Assembly (NCBI GenBank): GCA_963844825.1
Contig: CAWJPQ010000006.1
Span: 136,512-200,511, forward strand
Reading direction: 5' to 3'
Origin: an uncultured Gammaproteobacteria bacterium
GTDB taxonomy: Bacteria > Pseudomonadota > Gammaproteobacteria > CAWJPQ01
DNA: 64,000 bases
The translations under genes were made by a program, and so were the position numbers. This document shows positions 10,565-21,209 of this stretch, one piece after another. The notes beneath the pieces are model-generated. The model had not been told where the DNA came from and did not search any database. It was given only the letters and a program-made list of their open reading frames with translations. Numbering within the stretch: position 1 is the stretch's first letter; each line of letters begins with the position of its first letter.

Positions 10565-10567
10565 GGC

Positions 10568-11599
<1,032 letters not shown>

Positions 11600-11610
11600 T
11601 TAGAGACTCG

Positions 11611-11868
11611 TATCCCCATTCCCAGAGGGAAAAGGGACGTTCGTTACCCCCTCTCCCTCCGGGAGAGGGTTGGGGTGAGGGGGGCAATGGACCGCAACAA
11701 ATCCTATGGATCCCCTCATCCTAACCTTCTCCCTAAGGGAGAAGGGACTCTTTACACCCTCTCCCCTCCGGGGAGAGGGCGGAGATGACGGGCGCATCCG
11801 CCTGCCGCGGTCCCTTTCTCACCCCCTCATCCTGGCCTTCTCCCCTCGGGGGAGAAGGAAGGCTTCAC
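11611..11868. repeat. REP/BIME-like palindromic repeat cluster (about 4 hairpin units)
   Basis: Contains units such as ccctctccctccgggagagggttggggtgagggg and cccctcatcctaaccttctccctaagggagaaggg. ORFs called here (PSPxGEG-type peptides) are artefacts. Confidence 0.85.
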
Positions 11869-11875
11869 TCCTAAC

Positions 11876-11909
11876 AAACAAAAAAGGGAAAGGTCTGCGG
11901 CCTTTCCCC
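11876..11909 (-). terminator. Intrinsic terminator downstream of rplT
   Basis: The minus strand reads GGGGAAAGG-CCGCAGA-CCTTTCCC followed by TTTTTTGTTTG. It lies about 55 nt after the rplT stop. Confidence 0.8.
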
Positions 11910-11965
11910 TTCGTAGTCTGCGCCCCTTCGGCCGGCGCAGCGGCGGCCCGCCGGTGCCGGCGGGC

Positions 11966-12325
11966 TCAGTTTGGCAGGTGGGCCTTGGCCTGTTCCGCCA
12001 GCGCGCCGAAGGTCTGAATGTCGTACACGGCGATATCCGCCAGCACCTTGCGGTCGATCTCTACCTCGGCCTTTTTCAGGCCGTACATCAGGCGGCTGTA
12101 GGACATGCCGAACTGGCGCGCGGCGGCGTTGATGCGCACCACCCACAGGCCGCGCATCTGACGCTTGCGCTGGCGACGGTCACGGTAGGCGTACTGGGCA
12201 GCCTTGGTGACGGCCTGGGTCGCGACGCGGTACACGTTCTTGCGACGGCCGCTGTAGCCCTTTGCCTGCTTGATGACCTTCTTGTGCCTGGCGTGGGCGG
12301 TAACGCCCCGTTTGACTCTTGGCAT
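11966..12325 (-). CDS. rplT: 50S ribosomal protein L20
   Basis: 119 aa, [24 protein letters not shown]... Confidence 0.98.
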   Translation of the reverse strand: MPRVKRGVTAHARHKKVIKQAKGYSGRRKNVYRVATQAVTKAAQYAYRDRRQRKRQMRGLWVVRINAAARQFGMSYSRLMYGLKKAEVEIDRKVLADIAVYDIQTFGALAEQAKAHLPN

Positions 12326-12341
12326 GACTGACCTCGTTCAA

Positions 12342-12539
12342 TTAAATATAAGGCAAAAGACGCTTCACCATCTCGGTGTCAACGTCGGCGACGTAGGTCC
12401 CGGCGCGCAGGTGACGCTTACGCTTGGTGTCCTTTTTCGTCAGGATATGCCGGTGATGGGAATGCGCACACTTGACGCGCCCCGAGGCCGTGCTCTTGAA
12501 GCGCTTGGATGCGCCGCGATTTGACTTTAATTTAGGCAT
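12342..12539 (-). CDS. rpmI: 50S ribosomal protein L35
   Basis: 65 aa, [23 protein letters not shown]... Confidence 0.97.
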   Translation of the reverse strand: MPKLKSNRGASKRFKSTASGRVKCAHSHHRHILTKKDTKRKRHLRAGTYVADVDTEMVKRLLPYI

Positions 12540-12570
12540 ATTGCTATCTCAATTTTATCCATCGTAATCG

Positions 12571-13085
12571 TTACTTCTTCGGCGCCAACAGCATCACCAT
12601 CAAACGCCCTTCCATCTTCGGGAACTGCTCCACCTGACCGATATCGGTCAGGTCGGCTTCCACCCGCTTGAGCAGCTTCAGTCCCGAGCTCCTGGTGGGC
12701 CATCTCCCGGCCGCGGAACCTCAGCGTCACCTTGGCCTTGTCGCCGTCGCTCAGGAAGCGCTTCAAGTTGCGCAGCTTGACCTGATAGTCACCCTCTTCG
12801 GTGCCGGGACGAAACTTCACCTCTTTGATGTGAATCTGCTTTTGCTTCTTCTTCGCCGCATGGGTCTTCTTGCTCTACTTCGAACAGGAACTTCCCATAA
12901 TCCATGACCCGGCACACAGGCGGGTCCGCCTGGGGGGCGATCTCCACTAGGTCCAGATCCTGATCCCACGCATAGTTCTGCGCGTCTTCCAGGGCGACGA
13001 TTCCCTTTTGCTCGCCGTTCTCGTCGATAAGCCTGACGTTGGTGGCCGAGATTTCTTCGTTTGTGCGATGCTCTTTTGCAGCGAT
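12571..13085 (-). pseudogene. infC: Translation initiation factor IF-3, interrupted by two +1 indels in this sequence; probable non-AUG (AUC) start
   Basis: IF-3 sequence is spread over three frames:
- [30 protein letters not shown]...[15 protein letters not shown]
- [64 protein letters not shown]
- [36 protein letters not shown]
Frame changes fall at about 12876 and 12682. Total length is 515 nt = 171 codons + 2 extra nt. Confidence 0.85.
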
Positions 13086-13097
13086 ATTACGTTCCTC

Positions 13098-15014
13098 CTA
13101 AACAGTACGGGCACGACCGGACACTTCGGCGGCTAACCGCTCACTGAATCCACTCAGGGGTAATACACCGAGGTCTTCGCCCTTCCGCGTACGCACAGCC
13201 ACTGTTTGGTCTTGCACTTCACGATCCCCCACCACCAGCAGGTAGGGGACACGTTGTAGCGTATGCTCGCGAATTTTAAAGCTGATTTTCTCATTTCTCA
13301 AGTCCGCTTGCGCCCTGAATCCCTGTTTTTTCAATTGATTCTCGATACTTGAGGCATATTCGTCCTGGCGGTCGGTGATCGTCAGCACCACCGCCTGGAC
13401 CGGGGCCAGCCATACCGGGAAGGCGCCGCTGAATTCCTCGATGAGGATCCCGATGAACCGCTCCAGGGACCCCAGGATGGCCCGGTGGAGCATTACCGGC
13501 ACCCGTTTGGCCCCGTCCTCGGCCACGTAATGGGCGTCCAGGCGCCCCGGCATGGAGAAATCCACCTGGATGGTGCCGCACTGCCAGACCCGTTCCAGGC
13601 AGTCCCGCAGGGAAAACTCGATCTTGGGCCCGTAAAAGGCCCCCTCCCCCGGCTGCAGGTCCCAATCCAGCCCCTTGGCGTTCAGGGCCTGCTCCAGGGC
13701 ATGCTCGGCCTTGTCCCACAGGGCGTCGTCGCCCACCCGGTTCTCGGGGCGGGTGGACAGCTTGACGATGATGTCGTGAAAGCCGAAATCGCCGTAGGCC
13801 CGGAACAGCAGGTCGATGAACTGGCTCACCTCCTGCTGGATATCGTCCTCGGCGCAGAAGATGTGGGCGTCGTCCTGGACGAAATTGCGCAGGCGCATCA
13901 GCCCGTGGAGGGTCCCGGAGGGCTCGTTGCGGTGGCAGGATCCGAACTCGGCCAGGCGCAGGGGCAGGTCCCGGTAGCTCTTGACGCCCTGGTTGAAGAT
14001 CTGCACGTGGCACGGGCAGTTCATGGGCTTGATGGCGTAGTGGCGGTTCTCCGCCTCGGTGGTGAACATGTCGTCGCCGAACTTGTCCCAGTGGCCCGAT
14101 TTCTCCCACAGGGACCGATCCACCAGCTGGGGGGTGTGGATCTCCTGGTAGCCGTGCTCGTCCATCAACTCGCGGATGTACTGCTCCACCTGCCGGTACA
14201 CCGCCCAGCCCTTGGGGTGCCAGAACACCATGCCCGGGGCCTCTTCCTGGGTGTGAAACAGGTCCAGCTGCTTGCCGATCTGCGGTGATCGCGCTTTTCG
14301 GCCTCCTCCAGGCGGTACAGGTAGGCCTTGAGGGCCTTCTTGTCGGGCCAGGCGGTGCCGTAAATGCGCTGCAGCATCTCGTTGCGCGAGTCGCCGCGCC
14401 AATAGGCGCCGGCCAGCTTGGTGAGCTTGAAGGCCTTGAGCCGGCCGGTGCTGGGCACGTGGGGGCCGCGGCACAGGTCGATGAACTCGCCCTGGCGGTA
14501 CAGGGAGATCTACCTCGTCCTTGGGCAGGTCCTCGATGATCTTGGCCTTGTAGGCCTCGCCCATGTTCATGAAGAACTCGATGGCCTCCTCGCGGGGCAT
14601 CACCTGGCGCGCCACCGGAAAGTCCCGGGCGGCCAGCTCCTCCATCTTCTTCTCGATGGCCTCCAGGTCCTCGGGGGTGAAGGCCCGCTTGTAGGCGAAG
14701 TCGTAATAAAAGCCGTCCTCGATCACCGGACCGATGGTGACCTGGGCCTCGGGGAACAGCTCTTTGACGGCCTGGGCCAGCAGGTGGGCGGTGGAGTGGC
14801 GGATGACCTCCAGCCCCTCGGGGTCGCGGTCGGTGAGAATCCGCACATGGGCGTCCCGGTCGACCTCGAACGAGGTGTCCACGGCCTTGCCGTCCACCTC
14901 GCCGGCGAGGGCGGCCTTGGCCAGGCCGGCGCCGATGGACTGGGCGATCTCGGCGATGCTGACCGGGTGGTCATAGCGGCGCACGCTGTTGTCAGGAAGA
15001 GTAATCGCGGGCAT
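13098..15014 (-). CDS. thrS: Threonine--tRNA ligase (single ORF, but with an internal ~76-codon out-of-frame segment)
   Basis: 638-aa ORF with normal ThrRS N- and C-terminal sequence. Between about 14511 and 14282 the ORF reads [18 protein letters not shown]... The expected ThrRS sequence ([57 protein letters not shown]) lies in another frame, in ORF 14165..14458. Confidence 0.9.
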   Translation of the reverse strand: MPAITLPDNSVRRYDHPVSIAEIAQSIGAGLAKAALAGEVDGKAVDTSFEVDRDAHVRILTDRDPEGLEVIRHSTAHLLAQAVKELFPEAQVTIGPVIEDGFYYDFAYKRAFTPEDLEAIEKKMEELAARDFPVARQVMPREEAIEFFMNMGEAYKAKIIEDLPKDEVDLPVPPGRVHRPVPRPPRAQHRPAQGLQAHQAGRRLLARRLAQRDAAAHLRHRLARQEGPQGLPVPPGGGRKARSPQIGKQLDLFHTQEEAPGMVFWHPKGWAVYRQVEQYIRELMDEHGYQEIHTPQLVDRSLWEKSGHWDKFGDDMFTTEAENRHYAIKPMNCPCHVQIFNQGVKSYRDLPLRLAEFGSCHRNEPSGTLHGLMRLRNFVQDDAHIFCAEDDIQQEVSQFIDLLFRAYGDFGFHDIIVKLSTRPENRVGDDALWDKAEHALEQALNAKGLDWDLQPGEGAFYGPKIEFSLRDCLERVWQCGTIQVDFSMPGRLDAHYVAEDGAKRVPVMLHRAILGSLERFIGILIEEFSGAFPVWLAPVQAVVLTITDRQDEYASSIENQLKKQGFRAQADLRNEKISFKIREHTLQRVPYLLVVGDREVQDQTVAVRTRKGEDLGVLPLSGFSERLAAEVSGRARTV

Positions 15015-15216
15015 GGCCTATCGCCCTACGAACCGGTGACCAACGCGGGTGCCGCAGGCGCGCTGCGCATGGGCGCGGGGCCGCCTCCCCGGACCTGCGC
15101 GTCCGGCGATCCTTGGCTGGCGTTTCTCATGCGCGGCTCGTGACTCAACTGCTCGGCGAATGGTGCGGTACTTTCAAAATAGACACCGCCGGTCGCGGCG
15201 GTGTCACGGAGAATAT

Positions 15217-15291
15217 TGGTAGGCGCGAGTGGGATCGAACCACCGACCACTACCATGTCAAGGTAGTGCTCTACCACTGAGCTACGCGCCT
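15217..15291 (-). tRNA. tRNA-Val (anticodon GAC)
   Basis: The reverse complement AGGCGCGTAGCTCAGTGGTAGAGCACTACCTTGACATGGTAGTGGTCGGTGGTTCGATCCCACTCGCGCCTACCA folds as a cloverleaf. Anticodon loop is UUGACAU. Confidence 0.92.
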
Positions 15292-15351
15292 AAAACCATT
15301 AAGATACTCGATCTGACGCCTTACATACAAGATAAGTGCCAAAAAATCGTA

Positions 15352-15510
15352 GAAATTGGGGACAGACCACGGTTTATTTTACCTGCGAGAAATCGGGGAC
15401 AGACCACGGTTTATCCTGAGTACACGGTAATATGCCCGCTGTAGGTAAAATAAACCGTGGTCTGTCCCAATTTCTCCCGCTCAGGATAAACCGTGGTCTG
15501 TCCCCAATTT
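15352..15510. repeat. Four-copy cluster of a 19-20-nt repeat GGGGACAGACCACGGTTTAT (2 direct + 2 inverted)
   Basis: Copies lie at 15357-15376 and 15395-15414 (forward), and 15450-15468 and 15486-15505 (inverted). Flanking bases pair copy 1 with copy 3 and copy 2 with copy 4. Confidence 0.9.
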
Positions 15511-15528
15511 CTCCCCGATTTCTCCCCG

Positions 15529-17558
15529 TTATCCTGTTTTTGACTCAGGCAGGCCCAGCCCGTACTCCTGAATCTGGCGAATCTCGTCCCGCAGCCGGGC
15601 CGCCTCCTCGAACTCCAGGTTCTGGGCGTGACGGTACATCTGCTGCTCGAGCTGCTTGATCTTCTTCACCAGCTTGTCCGGCGCCAGCGCGGCGTACTCC
15701 ACCACATGATCGGCCACTTTGGCGTATTCTTTGGCCGGGCGCAGGGCCGCGTTGTGGGCCCCTTCCATGATATCGCCCACCGCCTTTTGGATGCCCCGGG
15801 GGGTGATGCCGTGGGCCTGGTTATAGGCCATCTGCTTGGCGCGGCGCCGGTCGGTCTCGTCCATGGCCCGCCGCATGGAGCCGGTCACGGTGTCGGCGTA
15901 GAGGATGGCCTTGCCGTGGAGGTTGCGGGCGGCGCGCCCCACGGTCTGGATCAGCGATCGCTCCGAGCGCAGGAAGCCCTCCTTGTCCGCGTCCAGGATG
16001 GCCACCAGGGACACCTCCGGGATATCCAGCCCCTCGCGCAGCAGGTTGATGCCCACCAGCACGTCGAACTCCCCCAGGCGCAGGTCGCGGATGATCTCCA
16101 CCCGCTCCACGGTGTCGATGTCCGAGTGCAGGTAGCGCACCCGCACCCCGTTGTCGCTCAGGTAGTCGGTCAGGTCCTCGGCCATGCGCTTGGTCAGGGT
16201 GGTCACCAGCACCCGCTCCCCGGCCTTGGCCCGCAGGCGGATCTCCGAGAGCAGGTCGTCCACCTGGGTGACCGCCGGGCGCACCTCGACCTGCCGGGTC
16301 CACCAGCCCGGTGGGCCGCACCACCTGCTCGATGACCTGCCCGGAGTGCTCGTGCTCGTAGGGGCCGGGCGTGGCCGAGACGTAGATGGTCTGGGGCGCC
16401 AGGCGCTCGAACTCGTCGAAGCGCAGGGGCCGGTTGTCCAGGGCCGAGGGCAGCCGGAAAGCCGTACTCCACCAGGGTCTCCTTGCGCGAGCGGTCGCCG
16501 CTGGTACATGGCCCCCAGCTGGGGGATGGTGACGTGGCTCTCGTCCACGACCAGCAGGGCGTTGTCCGGCAGGTAGTCGAACAGGGTCGGCGGCGGCTCG
16601 CCGGCGCCTGCGCCCGGACAGGTAGCGGGAGTAGTTCTCGATGCCCGACGCAGTAGCCCAGCTCCTGCATCATCTCCAGGTCGAGCAGGGTGCGCTGCTC
16701 CAGGCGCTGGGCCTCCACCAGCTTGTTGACCGAGCGCAGCTCCTCCAGGCGCTCGCGCAGCTCCACCTTGATCTGCTCGATGGTGTCCAGGATGGTCTGG
16801 CGCGGGGTCACGTAGTGGCTCTTGGGATAGACCGTCAGGCGCGGCACCCGGCGCAGGATCTCGCCGGTGAGCGGGTCGAACCAGGACAGGGACTCGATCT
16901 CGTCGTCGAACAGCTCCACCCGAATGGCCTCGCGCTCGGACTCGGCCGGGTGGATGTCGATGACATCGCCGCGCACCCGGTAGGTGGCGCGGGTCAGCTC
17001 CATGTCGTTGCGGGTGTACTGCAGCTCGGCCAGCCGGCGCAGGATGACCCGCTGGTCGGTGCGGTCGCCGCGCTTGAGGTGCAGCACCATGCTCAGGTAG
17101 GCGCTCGGGTCGCCCAGGCCGTAGATGGACGAGACGGTGGCCACGATCATCGCGTCCCGGCGCTCCAGCAGGGCCTTGGTGGCCGACAGGCGCATCTGCT
17201 CGATGTGATCATTGATGCTGGCATCCTTCTCGATATAGGTATCCGTGGTGGGCACGTAGGCCTCGGGCTGGTAGTAGTCGTAATAGGAGACGAAGTACTC
17301 CACCGCGTTGTCGGGGAAGAACTCGCGCATCTCCCCGTACAGCTGGGCGGCCAGGGTCTTGTTGGGGGCCAGCACCAGGGTGGGCCGCTGCACGGCCTGG
17401 ATGACGTTGGCCACGGTGAAGGTCTTGCCCGAGCCGGTGACCCCCAGCAGGGTCATCCCCGCCTCGCCGTCGTTGATGCCCCGCACCAGGGCCTCGATGG
17501 CCGCGGGCTGATCGCCGGTGGGCTTGAATCCGGACTTTAGCCTGAATTGTTTAGCCAT
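15529..17558 (-). pseudogene. uvrB: Excinuclease ABC subunit B, interrupted by about five +1 indels between 16290 and 16650
   Basis: - N-terminal 330 aa: canonical UvrB ([10 protein letters not shown]...).
- C-terminal 290 aa: canonical ([18 protein letters not shown]...[13 protein letters not shown]).
- Middle: hops between all three frames ([12 protein letters not shown] / [14 protein letters not shown] / [14 protein letters not shown] / [34 protein letters not shown]...[10 protein letters not shown]).
The span is 2030 nt = 675 codons + 5 nt. Confidence 0.9.
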
Positions 17559-17694
17559 GGGTTTCTGGTTAAGATGCCATTAGAATACAGTACAGCGATG
17601 CGAATGGCGGATGCCGTTCACATCTGCAGGGCGGCCATCAGTGGATAATCAGCGGCATATATCGGCACGAATCACAGCACAAGTATAAACCACC

Positions 17695-18891
17695 ATGCAG
17701 GACATACCTCTGTCACAGCGAGTACAAAAGATCAAGGCCTCCCCCACCCTGGTGGTCACGGCACGGGCAACGGAACTCAAGGCCCAGGGCAAGGATATCA
17801 TCAGCCTCAGCGCCGGCGAACCCGACTTCGACACCCCGGAGCCCATCAAAGAGGCGGCCATCGCCGCAATCCGGGCCGGTGACACCAAGTATACACCGGT
17901 GGGCGGCACCCCCGCTCTCAAGCGGGCGGTGATGGACAAATTCACCCGGGAGAACGGCCTCGACTACACCCCCGACCAGATCCTCGTATCCGTGGGGGCC
18001 AAGCAAAGCTTCTACAACCTCGTCCAGGCGCTCATCAACCCCGGCGACGAGGTCATCATCATGGCCCCCTACTGGGTGTCCTACCTGGACATCGTCCTGC
18101 TCGCCGAGGGCGTGCCGGTGGTGATCAGCGCGGGCATCGACCAGCACTTCAAGGTTACCCCGGACCAGCTCAGCGAGGCCATCACCAGCCGCACGCGGCT
18201 GGTGATCATCAACAGCCCCAGCAATCCCACCGGCGCGGTCTACAGCCCGGCGGAGCTGCGTGCCCTGGGCGAGGTGATGCTCAACAACCCGAACATCATC
18301 GTGGCCAGCGACGACATCTACGAGCATATCCTGTGGACCGAGGAGCCGTTCTGCAACATCCTCAACGTCTGCCCGGACCTTTACGCCCAGACCGTGGTGC
18401 TGAACGGCGTCTCCAAGGCCTATGCCATGACGGGCTGGCGCATCGGCTACGCGGGCGGCCCCAAGGCCCTGATCGCGGCCATGGCCAAGGTCCAGTCCCA
18501 GAGCACCTCCAACCCGGCATCGGTCTCCCAGGCCGCCGCCCGCGCCGCCCTGGAGGGCGATCAGGCCTGCGTCAGGCAGATGCGCACGATCTTCAAGGAG
18601 CGCCATGACTTCGTGGTGGACGCCCTCAACGAGATCGCGGGCGTGAGCTGCATCCCGTCGCAGGGCACCTTCTACAGTTTCCCCGACATGCGCCAGGTCA
18701 TCGACGCCCTGTACGACATCGCCGACGACGTCCAACTGGCCGAGTACCTGCTCAACCAGGCGGGCGTGGCCCTGGTGCCCGGCTCGGCCTTCGGCGCACC
18801 CGGCCACCTGCGCCTGTCCTACGCCACCCATATGCAAAACCTGGAAAACGCCATGGAACGGATTCGCGGGGCGTTGGAGAACGGGGGGTAA
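17695..18891 (+). CDS. Pyridoxal-phosphate-dependent aminotransferase (aspartate/aromatic, class I)
   Basis: 398 aa with the PLP-lysine motif SKAYAMTGWRIGY. It is divergent from uvrB, as in many gammaproteobacteria. Confidence 0.9.
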   Translation: MQDIPLSQRVQKIKASPTLVVTARATELKAQGKDIISLSAGEPDFDTPEPIKEAAIAAIRAGDTKYTPVGGTPALKRAVMDKFTRENGLDYTPDQILVSVGAKQSFYNLVQALINPGDEVIIMAPYWVSYLDIVLLAEGVPVVISAGIDQHFKVTPDQLSEAITSRTRLVIINSPSNPTGAVYSPAELRALGEVMLNNPNIIVASDDIYEHILWTEEPFCNILNVCPDLYAQTVVLNGVSKAYAMTGWRIGYAGGPKALIAAMAKVQSQSTSNPASVSQAAARAALEGDQACVRQMRTIFKERHDFVVDALNEIAGVSCIPSQGTFYSFPDMRQVIDALYDIADDVQLAEYLLNQAGVALVPGSAFGAPGHLRLSYATHMQNLENAMERIRGALENGG

Positions 18892-19055
18892 GGGATGCAT
18901 TCCCCTCTCCCCTCAGGGGAGTAAGGAACTGTTCACGCCTCTTTGCTCAAGGGAAAGGATATATTTTCATTGAGCGAGGGACGGCGAAAAGTGGACAAGT
19001 CCACAGCAAGCGCAACGACTGACACCATCATGCCACCAAGGACGGGAGCAATGAT

Positions 19056-19664
19056 ATGGACACCTTCGACCAGCGCCGCCGCGCGCCCGCACGGCCCTCT
19101 TTGCTTCATGCAGCCGCCATTCCCCTTGCCGGGGGCTTCACCCTCATCGAGCTGCTGATCACCATCGCGGTGGCGGCGCTGCTGGCGGGCGTGGCGGTCC
19201 CGTCCATGCGGGGCCTGCTGCTCGATCAGCGCATGAGCAGCCAGATCAACACCCTGGTCGGCCACATCAACTTCGGCAAGAGCGAGGCGGTGATGCGCAA
19301 TCGTCAGGTGGTGATCTGCAAGAGCGCCGACGGGCAGGTATGCGATGCGCGGGCGGACTGGGACGAGGGCTGGATCCTGTTCGTCGACAACGACCGCAAC
19401 GAACACCGCGCCGCCGGCGAACCCCTCCTGCGCCGGCACGGGCCTCTGCCCGCCGGTCTGTCCCTGCACTACGCCGGGTTTCCGTCCAGTCGCTACATGA
19501 GCTTCGCACCCACGGGCATTACCAGGGTCAACGGCACGTTTGTCTTTTGCGACGGACGCGGCCCCGAAAAGGCCCGGGCGGTGGTCGTCTCGAAAACGGG
19601 CCGCGCCCGCACCACCGCCCGCAAGGCCGGCGGCGCTCCCCTGGTCTGCCCGCAGGGTGGGTGA
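19056..19664 (+). CDS. GspH/FimT-family minor (pseudo)pilin
   Basis: Prepilin-type N-terminus G/GFTLIELLITIAVAALLAGVAVPS followed by a FimT-like body (INTLVGHINFGKSEAVMRNRQVVICKS). The annotated ATG gives an unusually long leader, so the true start may be downstream. Confidence 0.8.
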   Translation: MDTFDQRRRAPARPSLLHAAAIPLAGGFTLIELLITIAVAALLAGVAVPSMRGLLLDQRMSSQINTLVGHINFGKSEAVMRNRQVVICKSADGQVCDARADWDEGWILFVDNDRNEHRAAGEPLLRRHGPLPAGLSLHYAGFPSSRYMSFAPTGITRVNGTFVFCDGRGPEKARAVVVSKTGRARTTARKAGGAPLVCPQGG

Positions 19665-19707
19665 TGCCCGCCGATGGCGGGATCCTCCCGGGCGATAAGG
19701 CGCCTCC

Positions 19708-20919
19708 TCAGAGGCGCATCACCTGATCCGCCCACTCCACTGCCTCGGTATAACACTCGGGCACGCGGGTGCGCGTCGCCTTCAATGTGTCGGCCAGGGA
19801 GGCGACCGACTCCCAATCGCCGCGCTCGTAGGCGATCACCAGGCGGTATACCTTGCCGAGCGACGCCCCGTCATCCAGCAGCGCCTCCTTGACTTCCTTG
19901 GACAGGGATAACTCGTTCAGCAACTCGGGCAGGGGGCGGTCAATCAATGCGTCGATCAGCGAAAACATCCCCATGAGGAACAGGTCCAGCTCCTTGTCCT
20001 TGATTTTCGCCTCCTGGCCGATGAGCTCGCAAAATCTGGCCCTTATCAGTGACGCCAGCAACAGCTCCGGCGGCTTGTCCTCCGCCATGTTGGTAAAGGC
20101 AATCATCGAGACCCACTTCCTGACCGGCTTTTCGCCCAACCGGATCAAGGCCGCCTTGATAGTCTTGACCTCCGTTCGCCAGCCGAACCAGGCGGAATTC
20201 AGGTAACGGAGCAACTTATAGGACAGGGACACGTCGTGCTTGATGATCTCCTCGAGACTGTCCATGTCGAGATCCGGCCTGTTGATTTCCTTGAGAAGAT
20301 GCAGGTAATTGACCTTGAACCCGGGAACGTCCCGGCTGGAGATGATCTCGGGCTCGCAGATGAAAAACCCCTGGAAGAACGCGTAACCGCACTCATAGGC
20401 CTCATGGAACTCATCGTGGGTCTCTACCTTCTCGGCGATGAACTGGATCTGCCTGCCCGCATACCGGTTGATGAGTTCCCTGCGCTCTTCGCCGGCGGTT
20501 ATCTTGAAATCAACCTTGATGTAATCGGCGAGTTCGATCAGCGGATCCAGAGATTCACGATAGACAAAATCATCCAGAGCAAGCTTATAGCCCGCCTTTT
20601 TCAGATTCGCACAGGCAGCGACGACCTCCTCGTCGGGTTCGATGTCCTCGAGGATCTCCACGATCGTGGTTTCGGGGGGGAAGATTGTGACCTTCTCCTC
20701 GACCAAGGCCCGGCGCGAGAGGTTGACGAAGGCCTTTTTACCCGAGGTCAGGTGCTCCAGGCCGAAGACGAAAAAGATGTCCCGCAGGACGTCCAGGGCG
20801 GCCTGCTCATAGTCGGCCGCCTGCACGGGTCCGCCGGTGGCGGATCGAAACAACAGCTCATAGGCGATCGCCTGCTGCGCGCGGTCGAAGATGGGTTGCC
20901 TGGCAACGAATAAATCCAT
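19708..20919 (-). CDS. EAL + HDOD domain signalling protein
   Basis: 403 aa. N-terminal EAL-type region (ARQPIFD...YELLFR, EILEDIEPD, LALDDF, IKVDF). C-terminal HDOD-like region (SLSYKLLRYLNSAWFG...). Confidence 0.85.
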   Translation of the reverse strand: MDLFVARQPIFDRAQQAIAYELLFRSATGGPVQAADYEQAALDVLRDIFFVFGLEHLTSGKKAFVNLSRRALVEEKVTIFPPETTIVEILEDIEPDEEVVAACANLKKAGYKLALDDFVYRESLDPLIELADYIKVDFKITAGEERRELINRYAGRQIQFIAEKVETHDEFHEAYECGYAFFQGFFICEPEIISSRDVPGFKVNYLHLLKEINRPDLDMDSLEEIIKHDVSLSYKLLRYLNSAWFGWRTEVKTIKAALIRLGEKPVRKWVSMIAFTNMAEDKPPELLLASLIRARFCELIGQEAKIKDKELDLFLMGMFSLIDALIDRPLPELLNELSLSKEVKEALLDDGASLGKVYRLVIAYERGDWESVASLADTLKATRTRVPECYTEAVEWADQVMRL

Positions 20920-21209
20920 GAGGGAGACCTGCGGCCACTGCCTACATCATACTTTCCATGATCCACGCCTCTTGAGGCGTGCCCGATTGCCATGCGCCTC
21001 CTGGCAGCCCGCTGCTTGGACTACGGCGCAAGAACCGGAACCAACGAAGACACGGCATGGATTCACAATTCCCTTCGAGGTTGATCCTGCACCTCCGTCT
21101 CGAATGTATAAGAGTCACTGGGGTTTATCAACTACTGTGCATCGGGATATTCTGGGGTCCGGGGAGGTTATCGCCCGTTGGGACAGGAAATTTAGATACG
21201 GGCCATACC

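Noticed and set aside
15529-17558. Two separate overlapping genes (15529..16548 and 16203..17558) as suggested by the ORF track
   Set aside because: Together with a third frame (15821..16324) they encode consecutive segments of a single UvrB. I interpret this as one gene with frameshifts.
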